From IMG/VR virus record IMGVR_UViG_3300018083_000001: a DNA stretch of 64,000 nucleotides. The stretch is one strand, 5' to 3'. A program made the position numbers and the translations under genes. Below the pieces are notes generated by a model that was not told the DNA's origin, ran no database searches, and saw only the letters and a program-made list of their open reading frames with translations. Below are positions 51,052 through 58,989 of this stretch, piece after piece. Origin of the DNA: a virus. Numbering within the stretch: the first letter of the stretch is position 1; each line of letters begins with the position of its first letter.

Positions 51052-52622
51052 AATATCAACCATTGAAGCAACCGTGGAATCACCAAGCACGAGCACTGGC
51101 GTATCTCCACGGACGTAAGTGGTTCGCTTTGCAGATGGCGATGCGGACCGGCAAAACCAAGGTTGCGCTCGATGACTTTGGTCAACTTGAGACTGACGGG
51201 ATGGTTGATGACCTTCTCGTCATCGCTCCTGCCGGCGTGTACCGGACCTGGATCGACGCGGTGGAGGATCATGTCGATCCTTCGCTCAAAAAGCGACTCA
51301 AAATCTATCTCTGGCGGAGTGGCAAGAAAAATGCTTCCAAGGAACAGCTATTGCGTAAATATTTTATGCAAGCCCGCAACGGTCCAAGGTTACTGCTTAT
51401 CAATATCGAGGCTCTGTCTGCGGTTGATGAAGCCTTTTGCCTTGCTGAAGACTTCCTCAAACAGCGCCGCGTCTATTTCGTCATCGATGAAAGCACGACA
51501 ATAAAGAACGAAAGCATAAGAACTGAACGCGCCTTGAAGCTAGGTCCGTTGGCGGAGTATCGACGCATATTGACTGGCTTGATATCACCACGCTCGCCGC
51601 TCGATGTGTTCTTTCAGTTCCAATTCCTCGAACCAGGGAGCCTCGGCCATCGCACATACACATCCTTCAAGGCTCGCTACGCTATCGAAAAGAAAATGTG
51701 TACGCTTCCTACTGGAGTACTGCAAGGCCGCCTAGCAAGCCGCGTTGGGACGAGCGTCACAATCAATGGAGTCATGACACAAGTCACCACCTTGGATCGT
51801 AACTCGGTAATGAACGAGCTAGACCGGCGCGGCATCTGGTACCAAAAGTTCAATACCATCGTCGGCTATAAGAATGAGGATGAGCTACGCGACAGAATAG
51901 CGCCGCATTCGTTCCGCGTCAAGCTTGAAGATTGTTACGACCTTCCGCCCAAACTCTATAGCGTGCGTGATATTGAGATGACGCCAGAGCAAAAGCGTAT
52001 CTACAAAAGCCTCAAGGAGAAGGCGACCGCAGAGCTAACCGAAATGGAACATGTTACCGCGCTGAGTGTCGTGGCGCGGATGATAAGGCTTCATCAAGTC
52101 TTGTGCGGCCACACGCGGGATGAGATGGATAAGCTACACGAGATACCGGAGAAGCGGACCGCGGCATTGATTGACCTCTTGCGTGAGGTGGAAGGCAAGG
52201 CCGTGATCTGGGCGTCGTATGACTACAATGTCCGGTTCATAAGTGCCGCCCTTGAGGAGGAGTTTGGAGAGGGCTGTGTCGCCCGGTTCTGGGGCGGCAA
52301 TGAAGGAACAAGAGAAGAGGAGGAGAAAATATTCCAAACAGACGAAGCTTGTCGGTTCATGATCGGTACGCCTGCCGCTGGTGGCCGTGGGCGCCGCTGG
52401 TCTGCGGCCGACACTGTTATTTATTTCTCGAACACGAACAACCTAGAGCACCGCTCGCAATCGGAGGAGAGAACCCAAGGCATAGGCAAGACAGAGTCAG
52501 TAGTCTACATCGATCTCATCGTCCCGGATACCGTGGATGCACGAATCATCCAAGCATTGCGGGACAAGATAGATATGGCCGCCACAATCAGCGGCGATAC
52601 ATGGAAGGAGTGGTTGATATGA
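51048..52622 (+). CDS. SNF2-family helicase / DNA translocase
   Basis: 524 aa from ATG 51048 (ATGA overlap). Motif I is MRTGKTK and motif II is VIDESTTIKN. Helicase-C motifs are TPAAGGRG and QSEERTQGIG. Confidence 0.9.
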   Translation: MKYQPLKQPWNHQARALAYLHGRKWFALQMAMRTGKTKVALDDFGQLETDGMVDDLLVIAPAGVYRTWIDAVEDHVDPSLKKRLKIYLWRSGKKNASKEQLLRKYFMQARNGPRLLLINIEALSAVDEAFCLAEDFLKQRRVYFVIDESTTIKNESIRTERALKLGPLAEYRRILTGLISPRSPLDVFFQFQFLEPGSLGHRTYTSFKARYAIEKKMCTLPTGVLQGRLASRVGTSVTINGVMTQVTTLDRNSVMNELDRRGIWYQKFNTIVGYKNEDELRDRIAPHSFRVKLEDCYDLPPKLYSVRDIEMTPEQKRIYKSLKEKATAELTEMEHVTALSVVARMIRLHQVLCGHTRDEMDKLHEIPEKRTAALIDLLREVEGKAVIWASYDYNVRFISAALEEEFGEGCVARFWGGNEGTREEEEKIFQTDEACRFMIGTPAAGGRGRRWSAADTVIYFSNTNNLEHRSQSEERTQGIGKTESVVYIDLIVPDTVDARIIQALRDKIDMAATISGDTWKEWLI

Positions 52623-52984
52623 ATACGATAGATTTAGAACGGCTGGAAGGCGACGTGCGGCATGTCCTATCACGGACCAATAACGACCCAGCAATGAAGG
52701 CGGCTGACCTCGGACGCCTCTCAGCAGAGGCTGTACAAGCGCAGTACGAGAATGCCGCTCGTGAAGTCGAGGAGATGGGGAACGCCATCAAGGACCGCAT
52801 CCAGAAACTGGAGGCGGCCTTGCGGGAGTGCGACGCTGACATGAAATATGTCGCTGAGGCGGCCATCGCGATCCGTGAGAAGGGCAAGCTCGTCCATCTA
52901 CAGATCCAAGAGGCCAGTACCCTGTCCCAGGAGATCCGCGCCGCTGCTTCGGAGTTCACAAAGAAGGTGACCAATGGTAGTTGA
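52619..52984 (+). CDS. hypothetical coiled-coil protein
   Basis: 121 aa from ATG 52619 (ATGA overlap). Confidence 0.55.
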   Translation: MNTIDLERLEGDVRHVLSRTNNDPAMKAADLGRLSAEAVQAQYENAAREVEEMGNAIKDRIQKLEAALRECDADMKYVAEAAIAIREKGKLVHLQIQEASTLSQEIRAAASEFTKKVTNGS

Positions 52985-53240
52985 TCACACGGAGGAGTTT
53001 CGCCGCACGATGATTGAGACGGGACAGCCGTTGCGCGATCTGGAACTGGTCCTTGAGAGAAAAGAGCCATGTTGGGACTCAGAGGAGCTCAAGCGCGAGT
53101 TCACCGTGCTTGGTTTTTTGGCGCCCTTTGTCGCTGTCGTTCGTAAGAGCGATGGCGTCAAGGGATGCTTGGAGTTCACGCACAGTCCAAGGTACTACTT
53201 CAACTTCATGCCGATTGATTTGAGATCGGTCAATTTGTAA
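52974..53240 (+). CDS. hypothetical protein
   Basis: 88 aa; last gene before a strong terminator. Confidence 0.5.
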   Translation: MVVDHTEEFRRTMIETGQPLRDLELVLERKEPCWDSEELKREFTVLGFLAPFVAVVRKSDGVKGCLEFTHSPRYYFNFMPIDLRSVNL

Positions 53241-53256
53241 GCGTTGCGTTTGCGTT

Positions 53257-53322
53257 GGATCGGAGGAGCCATTTGGGATCGGTCACGCATCCCCAAATTG
53301 GTTTTCTCCGGTCCCTTTTTTT
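53257..53322 (+). terminator. intrinsic terminator (long imperfect hairpin plus T7)
   Basis: GGATCGGAG ... CCATTTGGGAT / ATCCCCAAATTGG ... CTCCGGTCC, followed by C and TTTTTTT at 53316-53322. Confidence 0.6.
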
Positions 53323-53496
53323 GACCTTGAGGCGGTGTTTAGATACCGCCTACCGGGAGGCGCGGAAAAGCCCGTAAAACGGCCCATCGGATTAGCCACG
53401 TTTAAACAGCCCTAGGACACGATAAACCGGACCGAGGCAGGTAGGGATAGCCCCCAGTCCCGGAAGGCTTATAGGCGCGTGTTATTTCGTGGAATT

Positions 53497-53618
53497 AGCC
53501 CTATCCCGGATAGGGCTTCTTTCCGGAGGCCTCCCGGAGGCCGGTAGGAGGCCGGTAGGCGCGTCCCGGAGGCCGGATCGGACCGGGAGGCAGGGCGGCC
53601 AGTTTTATCGCCTCCCGG
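53497..53618. repeat. second cluster of the GGAGGCC / CCGGGAGGC palindrome-hairpin family
   Basis: Hairpin AGCCCTATC-CCG-GATAGGGCT lies at 53497-53517. CCGGAGGCCTCCCGG is at 53523-53537. Further GGAGGCCGG copies are at 53537, 53547 and 53569. The 9-bp stem CCGGGAGGC / GCCTCCCGG is at 53583-53618. The 15-mer CCGGTAGGCGCGTCC at 53552-53566 is identical to 45324-45338. Confidence 0.8.
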
Positions 53619-53703
53619 ACGATGCTACTCAAATCGCTTTCGCCTGGTTCGCTTTCAGGGATAGCGTAACAAAAGGTAAACGTAATTATATGGAGGTGTT
53701 GGT

Positions 53704-54192
53704 ATGAATAAACCATTCATCAATATCAGCGAGCTACGCCAGCTGGTTGAGAGCGGGAAGCCTGTTACTGAAATCGCCAGAATCATCGGCACGACACCGA
53801 GCACGATCAAGGTACTCTGTTCCAATAACGGTATCAGCCTTCTGCTCCCGCCAATCGAGTCATCACCACGGACCGTGGCGCATGTCGCGATGTACAAGAG
53901 CGTCCACGATGCCTATGCGGATCGCGCAAAAAAGTATCGGATAACTCCCGCGCGATTAATGAATGCGATCTTGACGATCATAGTCAAGGATAATTTATTC
54001 TCCGCGGTGCTAGACGACAGCAAGGAGCAAGATAGCCTTTTGCGGCAGAAGCCAAGTCGCTATCATCGAAGGGCTGCGCCGGTAAAACCCGGCAATGGTG
54101 CTGCCGCTGATCACAAGATCGTCACCCATCCGTCGAACGATGGTTCAGACAGTCTCGTCCTAGGCAAGGTCAGCGGCAGGTCACCAAAATGA
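53704..54192 (+). CDS. HTH DNA-binding protein (putative regulator)
   Basis: 162 aa with an N-terminal HTH-like segment SELRQLVESGKPVTEIARIIGTTPSTIKVL. It is the first gene after the palindrome cluster. Confidence 0.55.
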   Translation: MNKPFINISELRQLVESGKPVTEIARIIGTTPSTIKVLCSNNGISLLLPPIESSPRTVAHVAMYKSVHDAYADRAKKYRITPARLMNAILTIIVKDNLFSAVLDDSKEQDSLLRQKPSRYHRRAAPVKPGNGAAADHKIVTHPSNDGSDSLVLGKVSGRSPK

Positions 54193-54362
54193 GAGCCTCA
54201 ATGCGCCATATGAAAGACTTTAAGAACCGCAAAACGCGCAACGACAACCACGACAAACGTATGCAATGGGGGCTTCTCAAGAACACAATAAGCACAAGTT
54301 CAAGAAATCGCCGCGTCAAGGTATCGCTCGCCAAGATCGAACTAGGGGAGAACGACAAATGA
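54189..54362 (+). CDS. possible 57-aa basic protein
   Basis: My own translation gives MRASMRHMKDFKNRKTRNDNHDKRMQWGLLKNT... It has ATGA overlaps at both ends and is below the track cutoff. Confidence 0.35.
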   Translation: MRASMRHMKDFKNRKTRNDNHDKRMQWGLLKNTISTSSRNRRVKVSLAKIELGENDK

Positions 54363-54610
54363 ATTCTGTCGAAGAAGAATCAATAAGGATGAACTCAATC
54401 GCGACGGCTCTTGATAAGCTTTACAACGGCGACAAAACAGGCAAGGACAAGGACATAGGATTTGTGCTCCTTGTATTCCCTTACGGACAAGTCAGCGATG
54501 GCCGCGTCAACTACATCTCCAATGGCGCCAATCGCCGCGACATTATCTCCTTGATGAAGGAGATGATTGCGCGCTTTGAAGGTCAACCAGAAGTGACGGG
54601 GCATGCATGA
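54359..54610 (+). CDS. hypothetical protein
   Basis: 83 aa from ATG 54359, with GGGGAG 9 nt upstream. I prefer this to the track start at 54266, which has no RBS. Confidence 0.5.
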   Translation: MNSVEEESIRMNSIATALDKLYNGDKTGKDKDIGFVLLVFPYGQVSDGRVNYISNGANRRDIISLMKEMIARFEGQPEVTGHA

Positions 54611-54771
54611 GAGACAATCGGCTCGCCCCACCTTGGAACTGGCATCACGAGTTGCACCAGATCACAGGCGCGATAGCCCGACACGGCAGTAAGATCGACA
54701 AAGAGCTAGTCAAGCAATGGATCGAGGCAATGAAGAAGATCACCAAGTCAATGCGGGAGGAAATAAAATGA
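54607..54771 (+). CDS. possible 54-aa protein
   Basis: My own translation gives MRDNRLAPPWNWHHELHQITGAIARHGSKIDKELVKQWIEAMKKITKSMREEIK. It has ATGA overlaps at both ends. Confidence 0.35.
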   Translation: MRDNRLAPPWNWHHELHQITGAIARHGSKIDKELVKQWIEAMKKITKSMREEIK

Positions 54772-55118
54772 GACGGGTTCTGGTCTGCGGTGGGCGAGAC
54801 TATACAAACAAAACGCTTTTGTATCGCAAGCTTGATGAGGCGCATGAGTTTAGCTCCATCGTTTGCGTAATCTCTGGGATGGCGCCAGGAGCCGATACCT
54901 TGGCCGCTGAATGGGCGAAGGAACGCGGCATAGAACTCGTACCGTTCCCTGCGGACTGGTCGAAATATAGCCGCGCCGCAGGACCAATAAGAAACGCAAA
55001 GATGCTCGTCGAAGGGAAGCCTGATGTTGTTATGGCGTTTCCCGGCGATAAGGGCACTAAGGATATGATTAAGCGAGCGACCAAGGCAAAGATACCCGTT
55101 GTTCAAATCCGTGTATGA
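54768..55118 (+). CDS. SLOG-superfamily protein (DUF2493 / YspA-like)
   Basis: 116 aa from ATG 54768 with a GGGAGG RBS. Motifs: VLVCGGRDY, ISGMAPGADTLAAEWA, AAGPIRNAKML and MAFPGDKGT. Confidence 0.7.
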   Translation: MRRVLVCGGRDYTNKTLLYRKLDEAHEFSSIVCVISGMAPGADTLAAEWAKERGIELVPFPADWSKYSRAAGPIRNAKMLVEGKPDVVMAFPGDKGTKDMIKRATKAKIPVVQIRV

Positions 55119-55128
55119 TGAGGAGATT

Positions 55129-55338
55129 ATGACTGACATTGTTGAACGGCTGCGCAAACGCGCCAATGATGAGTTCGTACAGGATCACCCGATCATGCTT
55201 GAAGATGAGGCCGCCGACGAGATCGAGCGGCTGCGCAAGGCACTCGAAAAAATCTACCACATGGCGGATAACTGGAATGACGACTGGGACGCAATGAAGC
55301 AGATAATCAACGATGCAACAAAAGGACCACAAACATGA
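55129..55338 (+). CDS. hypothetical acidic protein
   Basis: 69 aa from ATG 55129 with a GAGGAG RBS. Confidence 0.5.
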   Translation: MTDIVERLRKRANDEFVQDHPIMLEDEAADEIERLRKALEKIYHMADNWNDDWDAMKQIINDATKGPQT

Positions 55339-55871
55339 ATAGCTATTTGCGGATGGCGACGCTATCCGTTGCGCTACTCTCAACAACACCTGGCGATGCT
55401 GCGGTGTTGACGTACACATACCAAGGACAGCCATTGTTTTACGGTTCAAATTCAACAGTAGGCTGGACCGGACAATTTAGCATTGATGAAGCTCTCCTGC
55501 TGGGAGGCTCACTAGCAAACACGACACATTCCTTCAATTGGGAGGCGAACTCCGTGCTGCCTAATTGGGCCCCTGGAATCAGCTTGAGCTATGGCCCACT
55601 AATCGTCACGAGCAATATTGGACGAGGGCACTTCTCAATAACATTCGACGCTGACCAACACATCATAGCTTGGGAGGGATACAATACGTTTGGATATATT
55701 GATCCGTACACCAGAAATGGAATTGACGGATGGTCTCAAGGCTTTGCGCAAAGCATCGTCCCTGGTACTTGGACTGGTGGTCCTACGGTTGCGGCTGTAC
55801 CTTTACCAGCGACGTTGCCGTTGTTTGCGATTGGTCTTGGGATGCTTGGTCTATTCGGGAGGCGCAAATGA
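55335..55871 (+). CDS. secreted protein with VPLPA-CTERM / PEP-CTERM-type sorting signal
   Basis: 178 aa. The signal peptide is MNSYLRMATLSVALLSTTPGDA. The extreme C-terminus is VPLPATLPLFAIGLGMLGLFGRRK. Confidence 0.7.
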   Translation: MNSYLRMATLSVALLSTTPGDAAVLTYTYQGQPLFYGSNSTVGWTGQFSIDEALLLGGSLANTTHSFNWEANSVLPNWAPGISLSYGPLIVTSNIGRGHFSITFDADQHIIAWEGYNTFGYIDPYTRNGIDGWSQGFAQSIVPGTWTGGPTVAAVPLPATLPLFAIGLGMLGLFGRRK

Positions 55872-56095
55872 AACTATATCCGTGGGATGAGGTTATTGAA
55901 AAGTGTGAATTGATCCTAGCACAAGGCGGAGCCATTTACCAACAATTCAACTGCCAGCATTGCGGACGTAAACAAACAATGGACAAGCCAAATAGCTTTT
56001 ACATTGCTGGTATATGCGAGGAGTGTGGAGGAACGACCGACATTAAAAAGAACGGGATGAACTATATGATTCATCTTGGCGCTAAGGTGAAATAA
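55868..56095 (+). CDS. zinc-ribbon protein
   Basis: 75 aa from ATG 55868 (ATGA overlap), with CQHCGRK ... CEECGG. Confidence 0.55.
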   Translation: MKLYPWDEVIEKCELILAQGGAIYQQFNCQHCGRKQTMDKPNSFYIAGICEECGGTTDIKKNGMNYMIHLGAKVK

Positions 56096-56121
56096 AAAAG
56101 GGGAGGCGATTAAGCCTCCCC
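56094..56121. terminator. bidirectional intrinsic terminator between convergent genes
   Basis: AAAAAA-GGGGAGGC-GATTAA-GCCTCCCC. On the minus strand the hairpin is followed by TTTTTT. Confidence 0.7.
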
Positions 56122-56128
56122 AATTCAT

Positions 56129-56908
56129 TTAAGCCGCAGCGAGAAGCTTCTGCTGTTGCTTACGACGACGCAACTTCAACATACCGAGTCCAGCGATGCC
56201 TGAACCAAAGAGCCAGACGGCTCCTGGAACAGGTACTGCCTGCACAGCCGGGACGATGAAGAATGAGTCAGGACCATCATTCGTATTCGTCATGCGAGCA
56301 AAGAACGCATACTGATGATTTGGATCAAGGCTAGCGGTCGTCAGACCATTGAGCAAATAGTCAGGAAAGCCCGTCCCATTGTTAAGGGTCGGAAGTGCGA
56401 TGTCATCGGCCAAAGCCGGCAAGAACGACGCGATGACCGTGTGTGAAGTAAGATCGAGGAAGAAGAACGACTCCAACACCTGTGCGCCCTGCCCATTGGC
56501 TTGGTTCACATCAATGCCGATGGAGAACGCATTCTGGCCGCCCAGTGCAGTGATCAGGTTGATGATCTGCTGACCGCTGTAGTTGACCGCAGAGATAGTG
56601 TCGGTAGCAAGGTTCGTGTCCCTGAGAATACCAGAAGAGAAGTAAGTCTCAGAGGTCTGGTTGCCTTGGTTGCCGTAGTCCGTGTAACCAAAGTTCTGGT
56701 CGATGTTAGTCTGATTTGGTTGGTTCGCTCCGCAAATAATGCAAGGAGCATTCTGCGGTTGATTCCCAGCCGGTACACCGCCCAGTGTCAGATCTGTGCC
56801 ACCAAGTGTCCAGACTTGGCCGCCGAGAGTGCGAGTGGCCGCCTGTGCGGGAAGAAGAGAGAGAACAAGCAACGACGCTGCCACCGCAGCGCCAAAGAGA
56901 CTTTTCAT
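56129..56908 (-). CDS. secreted protein with PEP-CTERM-type sorting signal
   Basis: 259 aa from ATG 56908. The signal peptide is MKSLFGAAVAASLLVLSLLPAQA. The C-terminus is VPVPGAVWLFGSGIAGLGMLKLRRRKQQQKLLAAA. The longer track start would run through an upstream terminator. Confidence 0.7.
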   Translation of the reverse strand: MKSLFGAAVAASLLVLSLLPAQAATRTLGGQVWTLGGTDLTLGGVPAGNQPQNAPCIICGANQPNQTNIDQNFGYTDYGNQGNQTSETYFSSGILRDTNLATDTISAVNYSGQQIINLITALGGQNAFSIGIDVNQANGQGAQVLESFFFLDLTSHTVIASFLPALADDIALPTLNNGTGFPDYLLNGLTTASLDPNHQYAFFARMTNTNDGPDSFFIVPAVQAVPVPGAVWLFGSGIAGLGMLKLRRRKQQQKLLAAA

Positions 56909-56996
56909 TGGAGTTACCTCTGGTGAGAGTTGTTCGAACAACACAAGGCTATCACAAGGTTGTGACAGGCGGTAGTAAATCTTTTCATTGTAAAAC

Positions 56997-57025
56997 AAAA
57001 AAAGCCCCAGCACTCGGCCAGGGCT
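56997..57025 (-). terminator. intrinsic terminator ending the lysis operon
   Basis: Minus strand reads AGCCCTGGC-CGAGT-GCTGGGGCT (9 bp including 2 G-U pairs) followed by TTTTTT. Confidence 0.6.
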
Positions 57026-57042
57026 AGTCACGGAGGGGAAAG

Positions 57043-57150
57043 TTAGTAATCTCTAGAGTTAATCCAAATCAACAAGAGGATCACAAAGATACCAAGCGCT
57101 CCAACAATGCCGCCAAAAATAATCCAGAAGTTGATTGTTTCATAAGTCAT
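57043..57150 (-). CDS. possible 35-aa membrane peptide
   Basis: My own translation gives MTYETINFWIIFGGIVGALGIFVILLLIWINSRDY. It is in an ATGA overlap with the upstream stop. Confidence 0.4.
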   Translation of the reverse strand: MTYETINFWIIFGGIVGALGIFVILLLIWINSRDY

Positions 57151-57365
57151 TTCGGCGGAATGATGCACTGACTCAGAAGCTTTTGCACCTCCTTTTGCAC
57201 GTCAAGAAATAACTTGACGTTTTCAGCGCGTTGATTATTGAACTGAGCAGATTGCAGATAAACAAATCCTATCAGCGAGAAGATCACCAGCAATAGCCCA
57301 AGCATCAGCGGTTGCGCCTTTAGCACGTCCAACAATGCACCGATATTGCTACCATGTCCGTTCAT
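57147..57365 (-). CDS. membrane protein (lysis-cassette component)
   Basis: 72 aa with one TM segment (PLMLGLLLVIFSLIGFVYL) followed by a helical tail. ATGA overlap. Confidence 0.55.
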   Translation of the reverse strand: MNGHGSNIGALLDVLKAQPLMLGLLLVIFSLIGFVYLQSAQFNNQRAENVKLFLDVQKEVQKLLSQCIIPPK

Positions 57366-57643
57366 TTGCTTCTGTCCCTTAAGAATTCATTGACAACGCG
57401 TAGCAGTTGCGCCTCGTTGCTTTTGACTTGTTGTTCAAGGACCGTGATGCGCTCCTCCATCTTTGCCATCCGCGCCACGGAATATTCCGCACCACGCGTC
57501 TCCATTATTGACACGCGTGTTTCCAGCTTGACTGAGTAAGCAAGGATCGCCGCTGCTGCTGTTGCAAGAGCCACGGCTTGCGCCCCCAGAAAGAGTATCA
57601 ATGTTTGGTTCTCCCCGAACCATGACTTGATATCTTTCACCAT
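57362..57643 (-). CDS. membrane protein with coiled-coil (i-spanin-like or holin-associated)
   Basis: 93 aa from ATG 57643 (TGATG overlap). One TM segment is followed by a coiled-coil. Confidence 0.5.
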   Translation of the reverse strand: MVKDIKSWFGENQTLILFLGAQAVALATAAAAILAYSVKLETRVSIMETRGAEYSVARMAKMEERITVLEQQVKSNEAQLLRVVNEFLRDRSK

Positions 57644-57855
57644 CAACGGACTAAGGGTCGGCCAGTATCGACGATGCCGATCATATCAAGCAGAAGGAGG
57701 ATCAGGATGAGTACGCAAACCACGGTTATCACGACCCGCGCGATTTGCTTGAATGGCGCCATCATTGGCAGATTGTCGACCAGGTATATTAACAACCAAG
57801 CAACGACGCCAAGCACGATTAGGTAGACGACGAAGTGGATCAAGGTATTGATCAT
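57643..57855 (-). CDS. holin-like two-TM protein
   Basis: 70 aa with two hydrophobic helices, a strong AGGAGG RBS, and a position immediately after the endolysin. Confidence 0.6.
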   Translation of the reverse strand: MINTLIHFVVYLIVLGVVAWLLIYLVDNLPMMAPFKQIARVVITVVCVLILILLLLDMIGIVDTGRPLVR

Positions 57856-57870
57856 TTGTGGCCTCCTGTT

Positions 57871-58989
57871 TCATGAAACTGGTACGCCATTGACGGTTAC
57901 TATTACGTCTCCTGTTATCTCGATATTGACGCGCGCCTCCACGACTGGCGGATGCGGCATCGGTCCTGGTATTGGCGGCCGTGGTGTCGATGGAGGTATT
58001 GGCTCTGGGATTGGCGGCATTGGCATTGGTGGTCGCGTTGGCTTCGATACTTCACCGCCAAGGTGATCCGCCAAGGCGGCACATATCTGATTGAAGTTCA
58101 TTTCATACTGCGCCGTGTCCGCCTCGCTGTCCACGAAACAAACCTCGAGCAATACCGCTGGCGCTGATGTCTTGTTGAGGAAGAACAAATCAGTCCGCTT
58201 CTTTGGACCGCGATTGATAAAGCCACCGGATTCAGAGATGACCTTGGATAGCTCTGTCGCTAGGGATTGCTGTGTCACGTACAATACCTCCGTGCCCATG
58301 GGTTTGCTAGTTGTCTGGTACGCATTGAAGTGAACGGATATGTCGAGTTGCCGCGTCTTGCTATTGTGGAAGTCAACTATGCGATTAAGGTTCTCGCTTT
58401 GCGTCTTGGACACATCATCATGGAACGTGACGACATTGCAGCCGCGCATGCGTAGCTCCAAGGCGAGCTTCTCCACGACACTTCTAGCTTCGTCAACTTC
58501 ATCGAGGTAGCCAGAAGCACCACGGACATATTTGCCGTGTCCAGAGGACATCACGATAGAATTATAGATGCCCATGTCAGCCTCTTCTGGTAATTCATAC
58601 GGGAAGGTCACTTCAACCTCATCGTCTGTCTCAATGCCCAATGCCGCCATAAGCCCAGGCGATAAATCCGCAACACGGCCAGTATCCTTATGCGGTCCCC
58701 AGTCCGCAGGATAGGCCATGAACTGTTTGCCGGTCTTTGGCGAGCGTACCAATGCCATAATGCCGAGCAATTCATTCTTTGATGTCTCATCATAGTCCCA
58801 GCGGCAAGCAACATAGAACTCTTCTGGGTTCAATCTTCTTGCGAGGCCTGTTGTTCCTGGAGGCTGATGCGGCAGGAATAGATGCGGCGCATCCGCCACC
58901 TCATAGATGAACGCCAGTCCCTCGCTTGGCGATACTCCCGTATCACGGGGACCACCAAAGTGCGAACATTTGCCGGTGATTGTTCTCAT
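57871..58989 (-). CDS. endolysin: RlpA/DPBB-like domain + N-acetylmuramoyl-L-alanine amidase (Amidase_3) + Pro-rich C-terminal tail
   Basis: 372 aa from ATG 58989 (ATGA overlap). Motifs: GKCSHFGGPRDTG ... ADWGPHKDTGRVADLS; SSGHGKYVRGA ... DISVHFNA ... APAVLLEVCFVDS; then PTRPPMPMPPIPEPIPPSTPRPPIPGPMPHPP. Confidence 0.8.
   Translation of the reverse strand: MRTITGKCSHFGGPRDTGVSPSEGLAFIYEVADAPHLFLPHQPPGTTGLARRLNPEEFYVACRWDYDETSKNELLGIMALVRSPKTGKQFMAYPADWGPHKDTGRVADLSPGLMAALGIETDDEVEVTFPYELPEEADMGIYNSIVMSSGHGKYVRGASGYLDEVDEARSVVEKLALELRMRGCNVVTFHDDVSKTQSENLNRIVDFHNSKTRQLDISVHFNAYQTTSKPMGTEVLYVTQQSLATELSKVISESGGFINRGPKKRTDLFFLNKTSAPAVLLEVCFVDSEADTAQYEMNFNQICAALADHLGGEVSKPTRPPMPMPPIPEPIPPSTPRPPIPGPMPHPPVVEARVNIEITGDVIVTVNGVPVS

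Noticed and set aside
54266-54610. 114-aa version of the ORF starting at 54266
   Set aside because: There is no RBS at 54266. The internal ATG 54359 has GGGGAG 9 nt upstream and forms an ATGA junction with the preceding small ORF. The shorter form is retained, with uncertainty.
57435-57623. Embedded 62-aa ORF inside the 93-aa membrane protein gene as an o-spanin
   Set aside because: It has no hydrophobic signal sequence or lipobox (L-x-x-C) near the N-terminus. The composition looks like an out-of-frame artefact.
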